From positions 41,292,001 to 41,356,000 of the forward strand of contig OX597835.1 in assembly GCA_951406725.2 (NCBI GenBank): a stretch of 64,000 bases of DNA, given 5' to 3'. Shown here piece after piece: positions 25,166-39,556 of this stretch. Every line of letters begins with the position of its first letter. Position 1 is the first letter of the stretch. Below the pieces are notes generated by a model. That model searched no databases and was not told the DNA's origin. It worked only from the letters and a program-made list of their open reading frames with translations. Source of the DNA: Octopus vulgaris. Taxonomy: Eukaryota. Made by a program: the position numbers and the translations under genes.

Positions 25166-26040
25166 TATGAAGGAACAGCGTGCTTCCGAGAAATTCTCTT
25201 TTCTGCCGGGGAAAACGGCCCTCGAAATAGTTGTCATGCTTTTAACAGCTCACAAGGATGCTGCCATGAGCAAAACACAAGTTTGTGAGTGGATTTCACG
25301 CTTTAGGGATGGTCACTTGTTGCTTGAGGACCAACCTCATTCAGGGCAATCGTTGACCTCCTGAATAAATGAATGAAAACATCATGGTAATTCTTGAACT
25401 GATCTTGGAGGACCGTCACCAAACAATTGACAAACTTGTTGCTATGACTGGTGTGTCCTGGAGCTCCTGCCAACGAATTTTGAGCAAGGAATTGCGAATG
25501 AAAAGAATTCTGGCAAAATTTGTGCCTTCCTTGCTCACGGAAGATCAAAAGCAGCCATGACTGAATGCATGTCATGAATTGAAAGAACTGTTGGAAGTTG
25601 ATCTGGACCTTTTTTTTATGAAGGTCATCACTGGTGATGAAAGCTGATGCTATGGAATTTGCAGATGTGGAAGAGGTGGAGAAAAGCGACGGAGGTGTTA
25701 AAAGGCATCACTTTGCGAGAATTCCAGTACTGCTTTCCAACAGTGGGAAATGCGCCTGGACCGATGCATGGCTTCAAATGGAGAAGAATACTTTGAAGGC
25801 GATAAAAGTGTAAACATGTAAAATTTAAGTGAATGAAATAATATTCTTTTCTAATCTAGGCACAAGGCCCAAAATTTTGGGGGAGATGAGGGGCCAGTCG
25901 ATTAGATTGACTCCAGTATACAACGGGTACTTAATTTATCGACCGCGAAAGGATGAAAGGCAAAGTCGACCTCAGCAGGATTTCAACTCAGAACGTAAAG
26001 ACAGATGGAATTCCAGTTTCTTTTGGGTACCCCCTCATAT
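25166..26040 (+). mobile_element. Internally deleted mariner with a SINE insertion
   Basis: EQRAxxKF...AMSKTQVCEWISRFRDG...AKFVPxLLTEDQK...ITGDE motifs. Terminus GGGTACCCCCTCATA. Confidence 0.8.
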
Positions 26041-28281
26041 GGGTACAATCATATACCCAAATATGAATGTGTGTGTGTGTGATAAAAGTATGCCTGTTGA
26101 AGTCATTTACAAGTAACTTCATCTTATTTGATATGATTATTATTATTATTATTATTTGACCAGGCTCCTCCCGTGGCTTTTATGGGTTTTTCCACATGAG
26201 ACCTTTTCTTTTTTCCGAAGCGTCTCCTCTATCGGGAGTTTTTCGTTGTTAAAATTTTTGATTGTTAAAACTGCTTTTTACTCATTTTTTTTTTTTTTCA
26301 CAAACGGACAAAACCCCTTGTAACCTTTCATCCTGTTTTTGTCCCTTTATGTTTTCCAATCATATTTGTCAGCCCTTGTGGCCAATAAAAAGAATTAATT
26401 AATTAATTATTATTATTATTATTATTATTAGGCATATTTCAAGATAATCTATAATACTGTATAATGCTTATAATCTCATTCACTTCTCTTTCTCTCTTTC
26501 TTTCTCTCCTTCTCTCTCTCCAACTCACCCGTGTTCTCTCGGCTCTCCTTAAATTAACTCTTCACTGGTCTTGCCTTCAGTCAACTAATCTGGTGAGTTC
26601 CAAACACCTTGCCTCACTAACGCTGCTTTTGGTTTCACGTTTGTTGTTGTTCTTGTTGTTTTTCTGTTGCTTTTGTTGTTGTTGTTATTGTTATCGTTAT
26701 TATTTAAGGTATAAGCTGGCAAGCGAAATGCTTAGCGGCATTTCGTCTGTCTCTTTTATGTTCTGAGTTCAAATTCTGCCAAGGTCAACTTTGCCTTTCA
26801 TCCTTTTGGGGTCGATAAAATAAATGCCACTTGGGTCAATGTAATTGACTTAACCCCGCCCAGAAATTGCTGGCCTTGTGCCATTTTTATTATTATTGTT
26901 GTTGTTATTATTATTATTATTATTAGCAGTAGTAGTAGTAGTAGTAGTAGCAGCAGCGCTCCACTAGTACGGATGCTAGTCATCGATTTGATTTTGATTT
27001 CACTTGTCTCAACAGGTCTTCGCAAGCAGAGTTTAGTGTCCAATGAAGGAAAGGTATGCATAAGTGGGCTGGTTATACCCCTGGCATAGGCCATGAGGTT
27101 ATGGTCTCACTTGGCTTGTCGGGTCTTCACCAGCACAGCATATTCCTCACTGGATGGGACACTGGTCCGTTGCTGCAATACTCACTTTTACCAGCTGAGT
27201 GGACTGGAGCAATGTGAAATGAAGTGTTTTGCTCAAGAACACAATGCATCGCTTGGTCCAGGAATTGAAACCACAATCTTATGATCATGAGTCCAACACC
27301 CGAACCACTAAGCCATGCACCTCCACTGCACATCAAGTATAAAAACTGGCACTCCATCGGTTGCGAAAACAAGGGTCCCAGATGATCCAATCAATGGTAC
27401 AGCCTGCTTGTGAAATTAACGTGCATGTGGCTGAGCCCTCCACAAACATGTTCACCCCTTATCATAGTTCTCGGCAAGATTCAGCATGACACAGAGTGTG
27501 ACAAGGCTGACCCTTTTAAATACAGGTTGAACTCATTTTTGCCAGCTGAGAAAACTGAAGCAACATGAAATAAAGTGTCTTGCTCAAGGACACAATGCAC
27601 TGCCTGGAATTGAACTCACCACCTTATGATTGTGAGCTGAATACGCTAACCACTAAGCCATGTGCCTTCACAGTGATGTGTACAGTGATTTATGTAAGTA
27701 AGGGTTCAGACCCACTCAGAAATGATTTGAGAGGAAGCTGTCCTAGAATGGCAGTCCTGTGGTTAAAGTATACAAGACTCAGAGAAGGGCTCATCCCTTA
27801 ACATGTGGTACAGGCCTAGCAGTGTGCAGACATGCTCTAATGTTATGTAAATCCCCACCCCCCATGTAGGGTTAAATAGGCCCCTGTACTTCAATGGTCA
27901 GCTTCAAAGAGAGCTAGGGGCAAGTAGAATAAACAGTAACGATGCCAGTAGGAGGCAACAGGAGACCATTGCTTTATAAATAGGTATCTTCAAACTTTGG
28001 CCTGGACGTTGATGGTCCTGGGCACCTGTTGGTATGGCAACTGTATAGGCAGAGCTGGCAGAATCGTTAGCGTGCCGGGCGAAATGCTTAGCGGTATTTC
28101 ATCTGCTGCTACATTCTGAGTTCAAATTCCACCGAGGTCGACTTTGCCTTTCATCCTTTCGGGGTGGATAAATTAAGTACCAGTTAAGCACTGGGGTTGA
28201 TATAATCGACTTAATCCGTTTGTCTGTCCTTGTTTGTCCACTCTATGTTTAGCCCCTTGTGGGTAGTAAAGAAATAGGTAT

Positions 28282-28326
<45 letters not shown>

Positions 28327-29025
28327 TGGGGTGGAATGCAAAGTCGATTTGGACACAGGATATAAAGAGCAGGAAGAAATAGCACAAAGCACTTTTGTTC
28401 GATGCTCCACTGATTTGGTAGAGTTCTCACAAGTTTACTGAATTTTCTTCATGACCACTAAAATATAGAGTATGGTACCCTGTCAAAGACCTTCTCCAGG
28501 TCAGTGAATGCTAGATATAGTGGTTTGATCTCTGCTAAGAACTTGTAATTATCTCCAAATAACAGTATCTGTGATGTCATTGAGCTGTCAGTCATATTGT
28601 AAATAAGTGACGGTAATTATAAAAATAAGATTGCCAATAAAGAATTCTAACAGAAACCTGACCTTTGTTTATACTAAAGAGAATTTAAAGAAAAAAACAA
28701 ACATCTTATTTTCTCTCTTTAGCAACTGATAGACATTGGTTGTCAGAGTTACCTCCCTTGCACGATTAAACCTCTTTTTATTAATCGACAAAATCTGTCA
28801 AGGAAACCAGGATTACAACAAACATATAGAATGAGATTGAGAAGGGGTTTATTTAAAACAATTTTTATTTTTAGGGGTAGAGAAATTTGAAGGAAGGGTT
28901 GGGATTTTTTCAGAAATATTTACGACTCAAGAAAAAAGGTGTAGAAATTCGAAATAAAAATAGGCTTAGTTTATTGAGAATTTACATCAACACTGGAGCA
29001 TCCATTGTAATAATTTTTGCGATAA

Positions 29026-29070
<45 letters not shown>

Positions 29071-29507
29071 GCGCGCACACACACACACACACAATCATCA
29101 TTTTAACGTCTACTTTTCCATGCCTGCATGGATCAGACGTGACTACATTGAGGCAGATATTTCTACAGCTGGATGCAGTTCCTGGTGCCGGCCATCACCT
29201 GTTTCCAAGCAAAGTAAACAATCACTCAAGTCTATTGATCGATGAACAACCTCAACAAGCCTTTGGACAGCCCAGGGTTATATATCAGAAGATACTTGCT
29301 CAAGTTCCACCCTGTTGTACTGAACTAAAGACCACATGGTTGTGAAGCAAACTTCTTATACAACGAAGCTTCTGTGTATGTGTGTGTGTGTGTGTGTATA
29401 ATTTATAACACAAAACGGAATTTACAGGCTTTAATCCACATCATAACAACTGATTCGGTGCATTAGCACCAACCGTTCCTTGCTGAGTGTTTCACATATT
29501 ATACATA

Positions 29508-30967
29508 TTATCTGGTCGTTAAGAATGAAATGTCCAATTTTCTTATGAACCAGGTTTGACATTCATTAACTCTAATGTGTTATCCTGACAATTCTTTGTT
29601 TTACAACATTGAAGAGTTACATCATCACTTTTCGAAATGCAATTCATGGAGCTACATGGTTTCGGGTTCAGTCCCACTGCGTGGCACTTTGGACAGGTGT
29701 CTTCCACTATAGCCCCGAGCCGACCGAAGCTTTGTGATTGAATTCGGTAGGCGGAAGTTACTGCCGTGTGTGTATGTGTGCATGTAGGTGCTCAGTGCCT
29801 CTCCGAAAGAGAGAGAGGGGTGTCTGATTATATTGTGAGTTTTCTCTTGTAAATCAATTTTTGTGAACCCATGGAGAGATACAAAATTTGTGTTGTTTAT
29901 GAATATGAGTTCCGTTGTGGAACCAGTGCATCCCAAACTGCTCGAAACACCAATGAGGTGTTTGGTGAAGATGTGGCAAAGGAGCGCACTGTACGTTGAT
30001 GGTTTGAGACGTTCCGGTCTGGTGACTTTACTCTTGACAATCAGCCCTATGGTAGACCTGAGACCAAGGTGGATAATGATGAACTGGAAACTGTAGTGGA
30101 AGCAGATACATCTCAAACTACGCTTGAGTTAGCAGCAAAGTTCGATTTGATTCCAACTGTATTGGACCATCTGAAACAAATCAGCAGAGTAAAGAAGCTG
30201 GATGGGTGGGTACCACATGATCTGAATGAGCATCAAATGACACATCATCTTGACACTTGCTGTTCTTTGCTGTTATGGCATAGAAGTGAAACATTTTAAA
30301 ATCGTATTGTTACGTGTGGTGAAAAATGGATTCTTTTCAACAATAGCAAGCGTTCTGCATGGTGGTTGGATAGGGACAAAGTGCCAAATCACAATCCAAA
30401 AAAGAATATTCACCAAAAAAAGCTAATGATGTCTGTTTAAGTCTTCCAGTGCTGGTATCATTCACTACAGTTTCATGAGAACCAGTAAGTCAATTACAGC
30501 AGATGTATTATCAATCAGTTGGATGAAATGATGAGGGAACTTAGAATTAAACAACTGAGATTGGTCAATAGAGACTGGACAATTCTCTTGCAAGACAATG
30601 CTTGACCACATGTTGCACAAAGAACGCTACTCAAGTTACAGGAACTGAACTTGGAAGTTCTCTGTCATCCACCATATTCACCAGTTCTTGCACCAACTGA
30701 CTTTCATGTTTCCCAGGCATTAGACAATTTTTTGCAAGGAAAAAACTTCAAATCTGAAGAAGATGCAAGAACAGCCTTTTGTGATTTCCTCACCTCTTGC
30801 TCTCCAGAATTCTTTGCTGCCAGCATAAATAAGCTAACAATAAAATGGCAAAATTGTGTTGATAATTTAGGTGCATACTTTCATTAATTGCATTGCTTTT
30901 TGTTGAGATAAAGTAAAATAAACTTTCAGTTCAAAATTGGACACATTTCATTCTTAATGACCTGATA
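29508..30967 (+). mobile_element. Full-length decayed mariner (Mos1-like) transposase pseudogene with TIRs
   Basis: WVPHDL and HPPYSPVLAPTDFH motifs with frameshifts and stops. TIRs TATCTGGTCGTTAAGAATGAAATG / CATTTCATTCTTAATGACCTGATA. SINE B inserted at ~29654-29790. Confidence 0.88.
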
Positions 30968-31014
30968 TTATATAAATATATAAATATGGTCCAGCAATGT
31001 CATCAGGTGAATGG

Positions 31015-31645
31015 CTTTGATCACAATTATTGGTACTACTACCACCTTTTTCATCAACCACAACTGTTTAACCTCCCAAGCTAACCTGTCATATCTATCG
31101 ACTTTTCTTTCTTCCTTATCACATAACTTGTCAGCTGGGCATACTATATCTATGATCCAGCATTGTTTGCTTTCTTTCTCAATTAACACTATGCCTGGTT
31201 TCCTATTCTTTATCTCATGGTCGCACTGAATCATAAAATCCCATAAGATCTTTGCATTATCATTTTTTTATGATGCTTTCAAGTTTATGTTTGTGTTAAG
31301 GTGTCCAATTGACAATCCTTGCTATATTGTCATGACATCCCTTATATTCTCCCTGGGCTAGTGGTATACATTGACTGGTAATATGTCTTACGGTTTCACC
31401 ATTTTGTCCACAAATTCTGCACTTTTCCCTTTTTGATGTGTTGTCTATTCTGTATTTGATGTAATTCATTCTTAGTGCTTGCTCTTGGGCAGCACAGATT
31501 AGATCCTCAGTTTCCAGTTTTAAATCACTTTTAGTCATCCATAGCCATCTTTTTTCTCTGTCTGTCTTATCCTCAGCATCCCTATGAAATTGTCCATGCA
31601 TCCTTTTCTTTACCCACCTATTTTCAGTTTCATTCATTCTCAAGT
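31015..31645 (-). mobile_element. R4/Dong-like (RLE) non-LTR retrotransposon fragment
   Basis: MHGQF...ETExLICAAQEQAL...CRICGQNGETVRHITSQC (CCHC knuckle) and RKPxIVLI...IIDIVCP...KxxRYxxLAxE (restriction-like endonuclease). Confidence 0.85.
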
Positions 31646-31664
31646 CCTTGTAGAGTGCTTTATG

Positions 31665-31744
<80 letters not shown>

Positions 31745-32487
31745 GGCTGCAAGTTGGCAGAATCGTTAGTGTGCCAGGCTAAATACTTTGCAGCATTTTA
31801 TCTGTCCTTACGTTCTGAGTTCAAATTCTGCCGGGGTCGACTTTGCCTTCTATCCTTTTGCGGTCAATAAAATAAGTACTAGTTGAACTCTGGGGTCAAT
31901 GTAATCTACTTTCCCCTTCCCCAAACCTCCTGGCCTTGTGCCAAGATTTGAAACCATTATTATCAGTGTGGATGCATTGCCTAGTGGTTAGGGTGTTGCA
32001 CTGGAGATCGCGAGATAATGGTTTCAGTTCCTAGACTGGGTGGTGTATTGTATTCTTGAGCAGAACACTTCACCTCGCATAGCTCTGCGGTCACTTTGAC
32101 ACCTGATGCATGAATCACTGTGCACCTGCTGGGGCAGTGTTGATTTAATGGAGGGTATGACACGAACATTTGATCACAATAAACAAATCATTTGTGCAGA
32201 TCATTCAGCAAAAGGCTGAACGCTCATTCGTCGTTTTTATTATTATCATAATATCAGAGCTCTCTTACAATGGCTGATATGGAGGGAGGAGTGAGAGAAA
32301 GAGGGGGAGAGTGGTGGGATTGGTAGCAGAGTATGGAACAGCCAGAGGAGTTAAAAGAGAAAGTGAAAGTAGACTGGAGATAAGTATACAAAATGCCTAC
32401 AAAGCGTATAAATATTAATGCAGTCATATCCATACACATACATACATTACATACTCACCCACACGGACACAATCAATCACAAGTGCA

Positions 32488-32536
<49 letters not shown>

Positions 32537-32825
32537 GCATTCAGTTACAAACACAATCACACAGCCACACACGTCAGATACAATTTAACCCATTCATACA
32601 CGTGCAACCCCGTACCGCCCCACACACTCATATGCACTTACATTCCCCATTGTTCACAACGGACAAAGGCTTAACATACCACACCCCTACTCTTGCGCAT
32701 CTAATAATAGAGGTCAGTAGCCCCTTGATAGTAAGTCGGAGAGAAAGTTGAGTAAGTACCACTGAGGTTCACTCGGTTACAGCTGTGGTCGTGTGGTAAA
32801 AAGTTTGCTTCTTTTGTGCATCTTC

Positions 32826-33642
32826 TATTTGCCATATTCGGAACGCCTTACTTCCCTGGGCATGGACACATTGAAACTCCGACGTCTGGCAGCTGACTTG
32901 GCAGACATCCATAAAATTATCAACCATCTTACAAACAATAACTCTGAGCACATTTTCAAACTCCAGACCATTCCTGGTTCTTTGATACAAACTTCCTGTT
33001 TCAAAGTGATCCAAATTTAAGCCTCCCATCAAAATTTCATGTCAGTTTATGTTCCAAACATCAGATTAAAAATGACAAAGTTATTTTTACCAATTCTTCA
33101 TTATTTTGAAACTTAAGAGAATACCCTCCATCAGGCATTTGCCATATTCTGAACGCCTTACTTCCCTGGGCATGGACACACTAAAACTCCGACGTCTGGC
33201 AGCTGACTTGGCAGACACCCATAAAATTATCAACCATCTTACAAACAATAACTCTGAGCACCTTTTCAAACTCCACCTGTCTAACACCCGTGGACATGTT
33301 TACAAAGTCAGAAAGCAGCACAGCTCCCATGACTTTAGGAAACATTTTTTCATGCTGAGAGTTGCTGAAGCCTGGAACAAACTGCCGGCATCAGTTGTTA
33401 GTTGTCGGAGCACTGCATCCTTCAAAACTTCCATGCTTCCTGAGATTCGCCAACACTACACCTGATTTCCTCCCCTCCATACACATGCAAGCATGTATCT
33501 GACTCATACACTGTTCACTTCCCAGACATTTGTACATTACTGCATATACTTTATACGCACTTTCTGACAAGTTGTGGTGCACCTGTGAACTGTATACAAT
33601 AATTGCATTGTTAGTATTATTATTATTATTATTATTATTATT
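32826..33642 (+). mobile_element. Duplicated CR1-group LINE 3' fragments (32826-32963 and 33113-33642) separated by a MITE segment
   Basis: Two near-identical PYSERLTSLGMDTLKLRRL segments. The second runs on to the 3' UTR and (ATT)n tail. Confidence 0.85.
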
Positions 33643-33712
33643 TTAAAGTCTTAGACCAATCAAAGCCTTGTAAGTGGATTTGTTAAACAGAAACTGTAAG
33701 AAGCCTGTTGTT

Positions 33713-33795
<83 letters not shown>

Positions 33796-36305
33796 GTGTG
33801 TGTGTGTGTATAATGTACATGTGAATAATACACAGGTATGGCTGTGTGGTAAGACACTTGCCGAAGGTACCATATAGTGGTCTGATTTGAATTTTTTCTT
33901 CTTTGGAATGAAGAGCAAGCCTTCTTCTAAACATACTCTCAATTTTGGTCAACTTGCGCTGCAGGGTCTCGGAGGAGATAGTGTTAGTTAAAGGCTATCA
34001 AATCTGCCACACACAGACAACTTCAGCTTTATATATAGAGAGATATAAAACCACTTCTATTTCCTTCCCCTTCTCCCCACCAAACTGATATCCACCCTTG
34101 ACCACCTCTCCACCCTGGTCCATTATTCATTACATTCACCTCCACCCCCAGCAACCGGCTGTCACTCTCCTTTAACATTCCCACAAACCATTCACCCTTC
34201 ACCTTCCTCTGTCCCTATTCTTTCTTAGACTCACCTTTATTGTACCTTCAGAGTACACTCTGAAACCTCGTCACCACCACCACCATTGCCTTCTTTCCAG
34301 CTGCTCCCATCCACCCTTATATAATGTGGGGTAACCATAGATCTCCTCTACAGTGAGACACCTGTTCCTGTCCCTCTGTTGTACTTCGACTTGGCATAAA
34401 TCCACCTCCCCTCAGTACTATGCCTCTCTTGGGTGAGGGTTCTTGTCTTGTGAGTTGCTTAGTGACATCACTGGTGTCATTGTTATAAAAAGAAGTACCT
34501 GGTACCCAGTCTTCCAGCTTGTTGGATCCTGTCAAATCATCCAACCCATGCCAGCATGGAAAAAGAGACGTTAAATGATGATGATATACTCATAGACACT
34601 TGCATTCATGCAGATGTACACACACACACACTGGGATGCATTCACGCAGGCAGAAACGTTAGCACACCGGACGAAATGCGTAGCCGTATTTCGTCTGTCT
34701 TTACATTCTGGGTTCAAATTCCGTTGAGGTCGACTTTGCCTTTCATCCTTTCAAGGTCGATAAATTAAGCACCAGTTACGCACTGGGGTCGATGTAATCG
34801 ACTTAATTCGTTTGCTTGTCCTTGTTTGTCCCCTCTATATTTAGCCCCTTGTGGGTAGTAAAGAAACATATCTTCTGGGTATTTGTGTAGTACACACAAT
34901 GCTCTCAGTACTCTGAAGAAAGGCTGAAAGATTCTAACCTGACGTACATGCAAAGCGATATGCACAAGATACATTAAAAAGAACAAATGCCTTTTTACTA
35001 ATATCCTTTAAAGACTTTTGCAGGACCTTCAAGACTGGTGGGAGGAAGAGGGGAAGGTGCTAAGTAACTTATCTGGTTAACCCTTTTGCATTCGGGTTTC
35101 TCTGTTAAATGTAATGCTTATTTATTCATATTGATATGAATTAGTCATGCATTATCTCATAGCTTCAAGTTTCCAATGATAAGATTGTTTGTTTTTACAA
35201 TAACATTATAGGATGAGAGGTTGGGTCTGGCCAGTTTGAAGATAAAACATACAGATTGTTTTGGCCAGATATGACCCTTTTAACCCTTTAGTGTTCAGAT
35301 TACTCTGTTAAATGTAATACTTTTTCACTCAAATTGTTTTGGATTAATCCTGGATTATCTTACAGCTTTGAGGTTTCAATGATGTGATTGTTTATTTTTA
35401 GAATGGCATTGTAGGTTAGGTGTGAGAAGCTAGATATCGCCAGTTTGAATGTAAAACATGTAGAATATATTGGGCCAGATTTGGCCAGTTTAAACACTAA
35501 AGGGTTAAATTCTTAAGTGTTAATTCTTGTAATTACCGTAACTGGATGTCAGTGCTGATGAGTGGGGCCTGTCCAATTAGTAGTGCAACCTTGAAGGGCC
35601 TTTGTAAGGCTACTACTTCCACTAGAACCTGCTGACAAATTGTGGTGGATCTACACAAGGAATGGTGCCCATAGCATGTCAAGTTATTGAGTTAGCTTCA
35701 GAATAAAAACTTGGTTTAAATGGTTCTGATGGAACAAATTCTGCCAAGAGCAACCGAGTGTCAGGTGCTATCATTAAAACAGGTGATGGATTAGGTTTAT
35801 GCTTCTTTGTATGATTAAGTACCTACATGCAATGCTTGTACCTGCAAACAGTCCCCAGTAAATTCATTACAGGTAATAACACCACACTAATTACATCACC
35901 TGCAATTCTATTACAAAGTGATTTTGTGGTCAACCAACTGCATGACACCAGTACCTTCCGCAACTGCAATTTTACTTGGCTTGATGGGTCTTCTTGTCAA
36001 GCATGACATAATTCCAAAGGTCTCAGTCATTCATCATTGCCTTTGTAAGGTCCAACACTCAAAAGGTACTTTTCACATGCCACTGGTGTTGGCTATTTTG
36101 CTTCCATGAGGTGCTTTTTATGTGCCACCAACATGAAAGCTCTAAAGGTGCCTTTTATGTACCACCAGCAAGGGTACCAGTTATGTGACACCAGCATCGG
36201 CCATGACTATAATTTCATTTGGTTTGGTGGGTCTTCTCAAGCAAAGCATATTGCCAAAGGTGTTGGTCACTAGTCATTGCCTCTGTGAGGCCCAAAGTTC
36301 GAAGA

Positions 36306-36411
36306 TCCCAGGGTAGCCTGACTTAAATTCCTCTGTTATTGCCTGGAGGACTATGATGAACAAGAGGGGGCTGAGGACCGATCCTTGGTGAACCCCTACT
36401 TGCATCCTGAG
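36306..36411 (-). mobile_element. RTE-type reverse transcriptase fragment
   Basis: Translates MQVGVHQGSVLSPLLFIIVLQAITEEF, the RT 'GVxQGxxLSP' motif. Confidence 0.75.
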
Positions 36412-37067
36412 TGAACCCACCCATTACACTTTTGGAGTGGTTAACATCAGGAACGGCATCCAACTGTAGAAACCATGCCAAATAAGACTAGAGTGTGGTC
36501 CAGCCTTCCAGCTTGCCAGCCCTGGTCAAACCGTCCAACCCATGCCAGCATGGACAACAGACGTAAAATGATGATGATGATAATGCTTATACTGGATCAT
36601 ACAGGTTTATACTGGTTTATACAGGTGCAGGCAGGGCCGTGTGGTTTAGAAGTTTGCTTTCCAACCACACAGTTTTGAGCTCATGGTACTTTAGGCAAGA
36701 GTCTTCAATTACATCCCTGGCCTAAGCAATTCCTTCTGATTGGGTTTCATAGACAGTGCTGGTGACACGTAAAAGCACCGTTTGAGTGTAGTAGTTACTA
36801 GCGTCGCCTGACTGGCGTCCGTGTCGGTGACACGTAAAAGCACCAACCGATCATAACCGTTTGCCACCCTGCGCTGGCTCCTGTGTCGGTGGCACATAAA
36901 AAACACCCACTACACTCATGGAGTGGTTGGCGTTAGGAAGGGCATCCAGCCGTAGAAACTCTGCCAAATCAGACTGGAGCCTGGTGCAGCCTCCATGGCT
37001 TACCAGACCCCGGTCGAACCATCCAACCCACGCTAGCATGGAAAACAGACGTTTGATGATGATGATG

Positions 37068-37109
<42 letters not shown>

Positions 37110-37740
37110 CCCTCTCGTCTTGACATAGGATGGTAAATTTTAAACAAGTGTCACTGTTGTATAAGCAGTTTCCAATTTTCTTCAGAAGCATGTCTGGTCA
37201 TGGGGGGAGGGGAAATATTACAATGCTTGGATGCAGGTGTGAGTTGGCAACAGGAAGGGCATCCAGCTGTAGAAAATCTAGCTCAATGAAATTCCATCTG
37301 GCCCATGCAAGCATGGAGAAGTGGGTGTTAAAACGACGATGGTGATGGCTACAAGACTAAATAAACACTTGCACTTCCCATGACCTCACAGTAGAGACAA
37401 TACTTTCAATTACAACTCCTATAAGAAAACATTTCAATTTGATGACAAAGTAAATTCTCTTTGTTCACACTACTTACTACAAAAATATAACAATGTGGCC
37501 TTAATTTTAATTATGTTTTAATTTGATCTCATGAGAAAATAATGGCGAATAATAAAACGTTAATGGATCAGTTTATTTAGTGACAGGAAATGAGTGACAA
37601 GTATTTCTAGGAAGACTCATCTTTTTTTGGTTTGCATAACACAAAACCATAGTGACAATTCTAAAGGAAGGGGGGGGAGTGTGTGTGTGTGTGTGTAAGT
37701 ATGTTAAGATAATGTTATCATTGGTATGTATAACCCATAA

Positions 37741-37962
37741 GGCGGTGAGTTGGCAGAAACGTTAGCACACCGGGCGAAATGCCTAGCGGTATTTCGTCTG
37801 CCGCTACGTTCTCAGTTCAAATTCCGCCAAGGTCGACTTTGCCTTTCATCCTTTCAGGGTCAATAAATTAAGTACCAGTTACGCACTGGGGTTGACTTAA
37901 TCCGTTTGTCTGTCCTTCTTTGTCCACTCTATGTTTAGCCCCTTGTGGGTAATAAAGAAACG
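37741..37962 (+). mobile_element. SINE A with TSD
   Basis: 15-bp TSD GGTATGTATAACCCA on both sides. Confidence 0.88.
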
Positions 37963-38499
37963 GGTATGTATAACCCAAGGAACCTCTTCCGTTCCAGCCT
38001 TTCTCTCTCATACTTCACCTCCTCTCAGTTCCTTTTTCTCCCCACATAAGGTTTCCTCTCACCCTCCCTGTTCAGGGTTTGTAGTCTTGGAAAATTCATG
38101 GTGATCTCACTGGCGCTGGTGTCACAATAAAGTGTGCCCAGTGCAATCTGTAAACTGGCCAGTGTAGGGAGGGCAATCCAGCCACAGAAACCCCTTCCGA
38201 AGAAGACCCTTGAGCATGATGCAGCCTTTGGTCTCACTGGATCCTATGAAACCATCCAACCCATGCCACCATGGAGCACAGACATTAAATAATGGTGATG
38301 ATGATAATGATGTTTTTTTTTGTGAAATTACATATCCAAACAATTTAACATTTAATTAAAAGATTACTCAACACATTTTAGTAGAAAACCAGTTTGTATC
38401 AGTCAAACTTTTTCCTTTTGCATAAAAGGAAAACAAAACTTGACAGTAACTTCAAAGTTTTAGCTTTGTAACACTGCACATTACAATTCAAGACAAAAG

Positions 38500-38911
38500 G
38501 ACAATAATATAAGGTATTGAGTCCTACCTGCAAAAAGACAATAAATATAAGGTATTGAGTCCTACCTGCAAAGAGACAATAAATATAAAGTATTGAGTCC
38601 TACCTGCAAAGAGACAATAAATATAAGGTATTGAGTCCTACCTGCAAAGGGACAATAAATATAAGGTATTGAGTCCTACCTGCAAAGGGACAATAAATAT
38701 AAGGTATTGAGTCCTACCTGCAAAGGGACAATAAATATAAGGTATTGAGTCCTACCTGCAAAGGGACAATAAATATAAGGTATTGAGTCCTACCTGCAAA
38801 GGGACAATAAATATAAGGTATTGAGTCCTACCTGCAAAGGGACAATAAATATAAGGTATTGAGTCCTACCTGCAAAGGAACAATAAATATAAGGTATTGA
38901 GTCCTACCTGC
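38500..38911. repeat. 38-bp minisatellite, ~11 copies
   Basis: Unit ACAATAAATATAAGGTATTGAGTCCTACCTGCAAAGGG, with starts at 38652, 38690 and so on. Confidence 0.95.
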
Positions 38912-39556
38912 CCACCCACCCTGTCATTAAATATTCGGTGGTTATTCTTAAACTAATTAAGTGTGAATAGGGGCCTGTCATATATATATATATATATTTA
39001 TATCATCATCATCGTTTAACGTCCGCTTTCCATGCTAGCATGGGTTGGACGGTTCAACTGGGGTCTGGGAAGCCAGAAGGCTGCACCAGGCCCAATCTGA
39101 TCTGGCAATGTTTCTACAGCTGGATGCCCTTCCTAACGCCAACCACTCCGTGAGTGTAGCGGGTGCTTTTTACGTGCTACCGGCACGGAGACCAGACGAA
39201 GCTGGCAACGGCCATGGTTGGATGGTGCTTTTTACGTGCCACCAGTACGGAAGCCAGTCAGGGCGGTGCTGGCAATGGCCACGTTCGGATGGTTCTCTTA
39301 CGTGCCACCAGCACTGGCATCACAGCTACAAATTCCATTGATGTTGATCGATTTTGATTTTGATGAATCTTCAGATTTTAACATGCTAGACCACTGGTTT
39401 TAAATTGATATTAATCAAATTAATATTCAATTTTTCACCTTTATTTTAAATATATTTATATGTATATAGGTGCAGGCATGGCTGTAGTAAAAAGTTTGCT
39501 TCCCAACCACATGGTTCCAGGTTCAGTCCCACATCGTACATGTACATCACACATGT

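Noticed and set aside
38500-38911. CRISPR array (38-bp repeats)
   Set aside because: There are no spacers, so this is a simple tandem minisatellite.
39045-39341. Recurrent ORF '[20 protein letters not shown]...' as a multicopy gene family (also at 9855, 14288, 17804, 46503 and 54164)
   Set aside because: It is the antisense reading of retroposon family C, with non-ATG starts, variable ends and frameshifts between copies.
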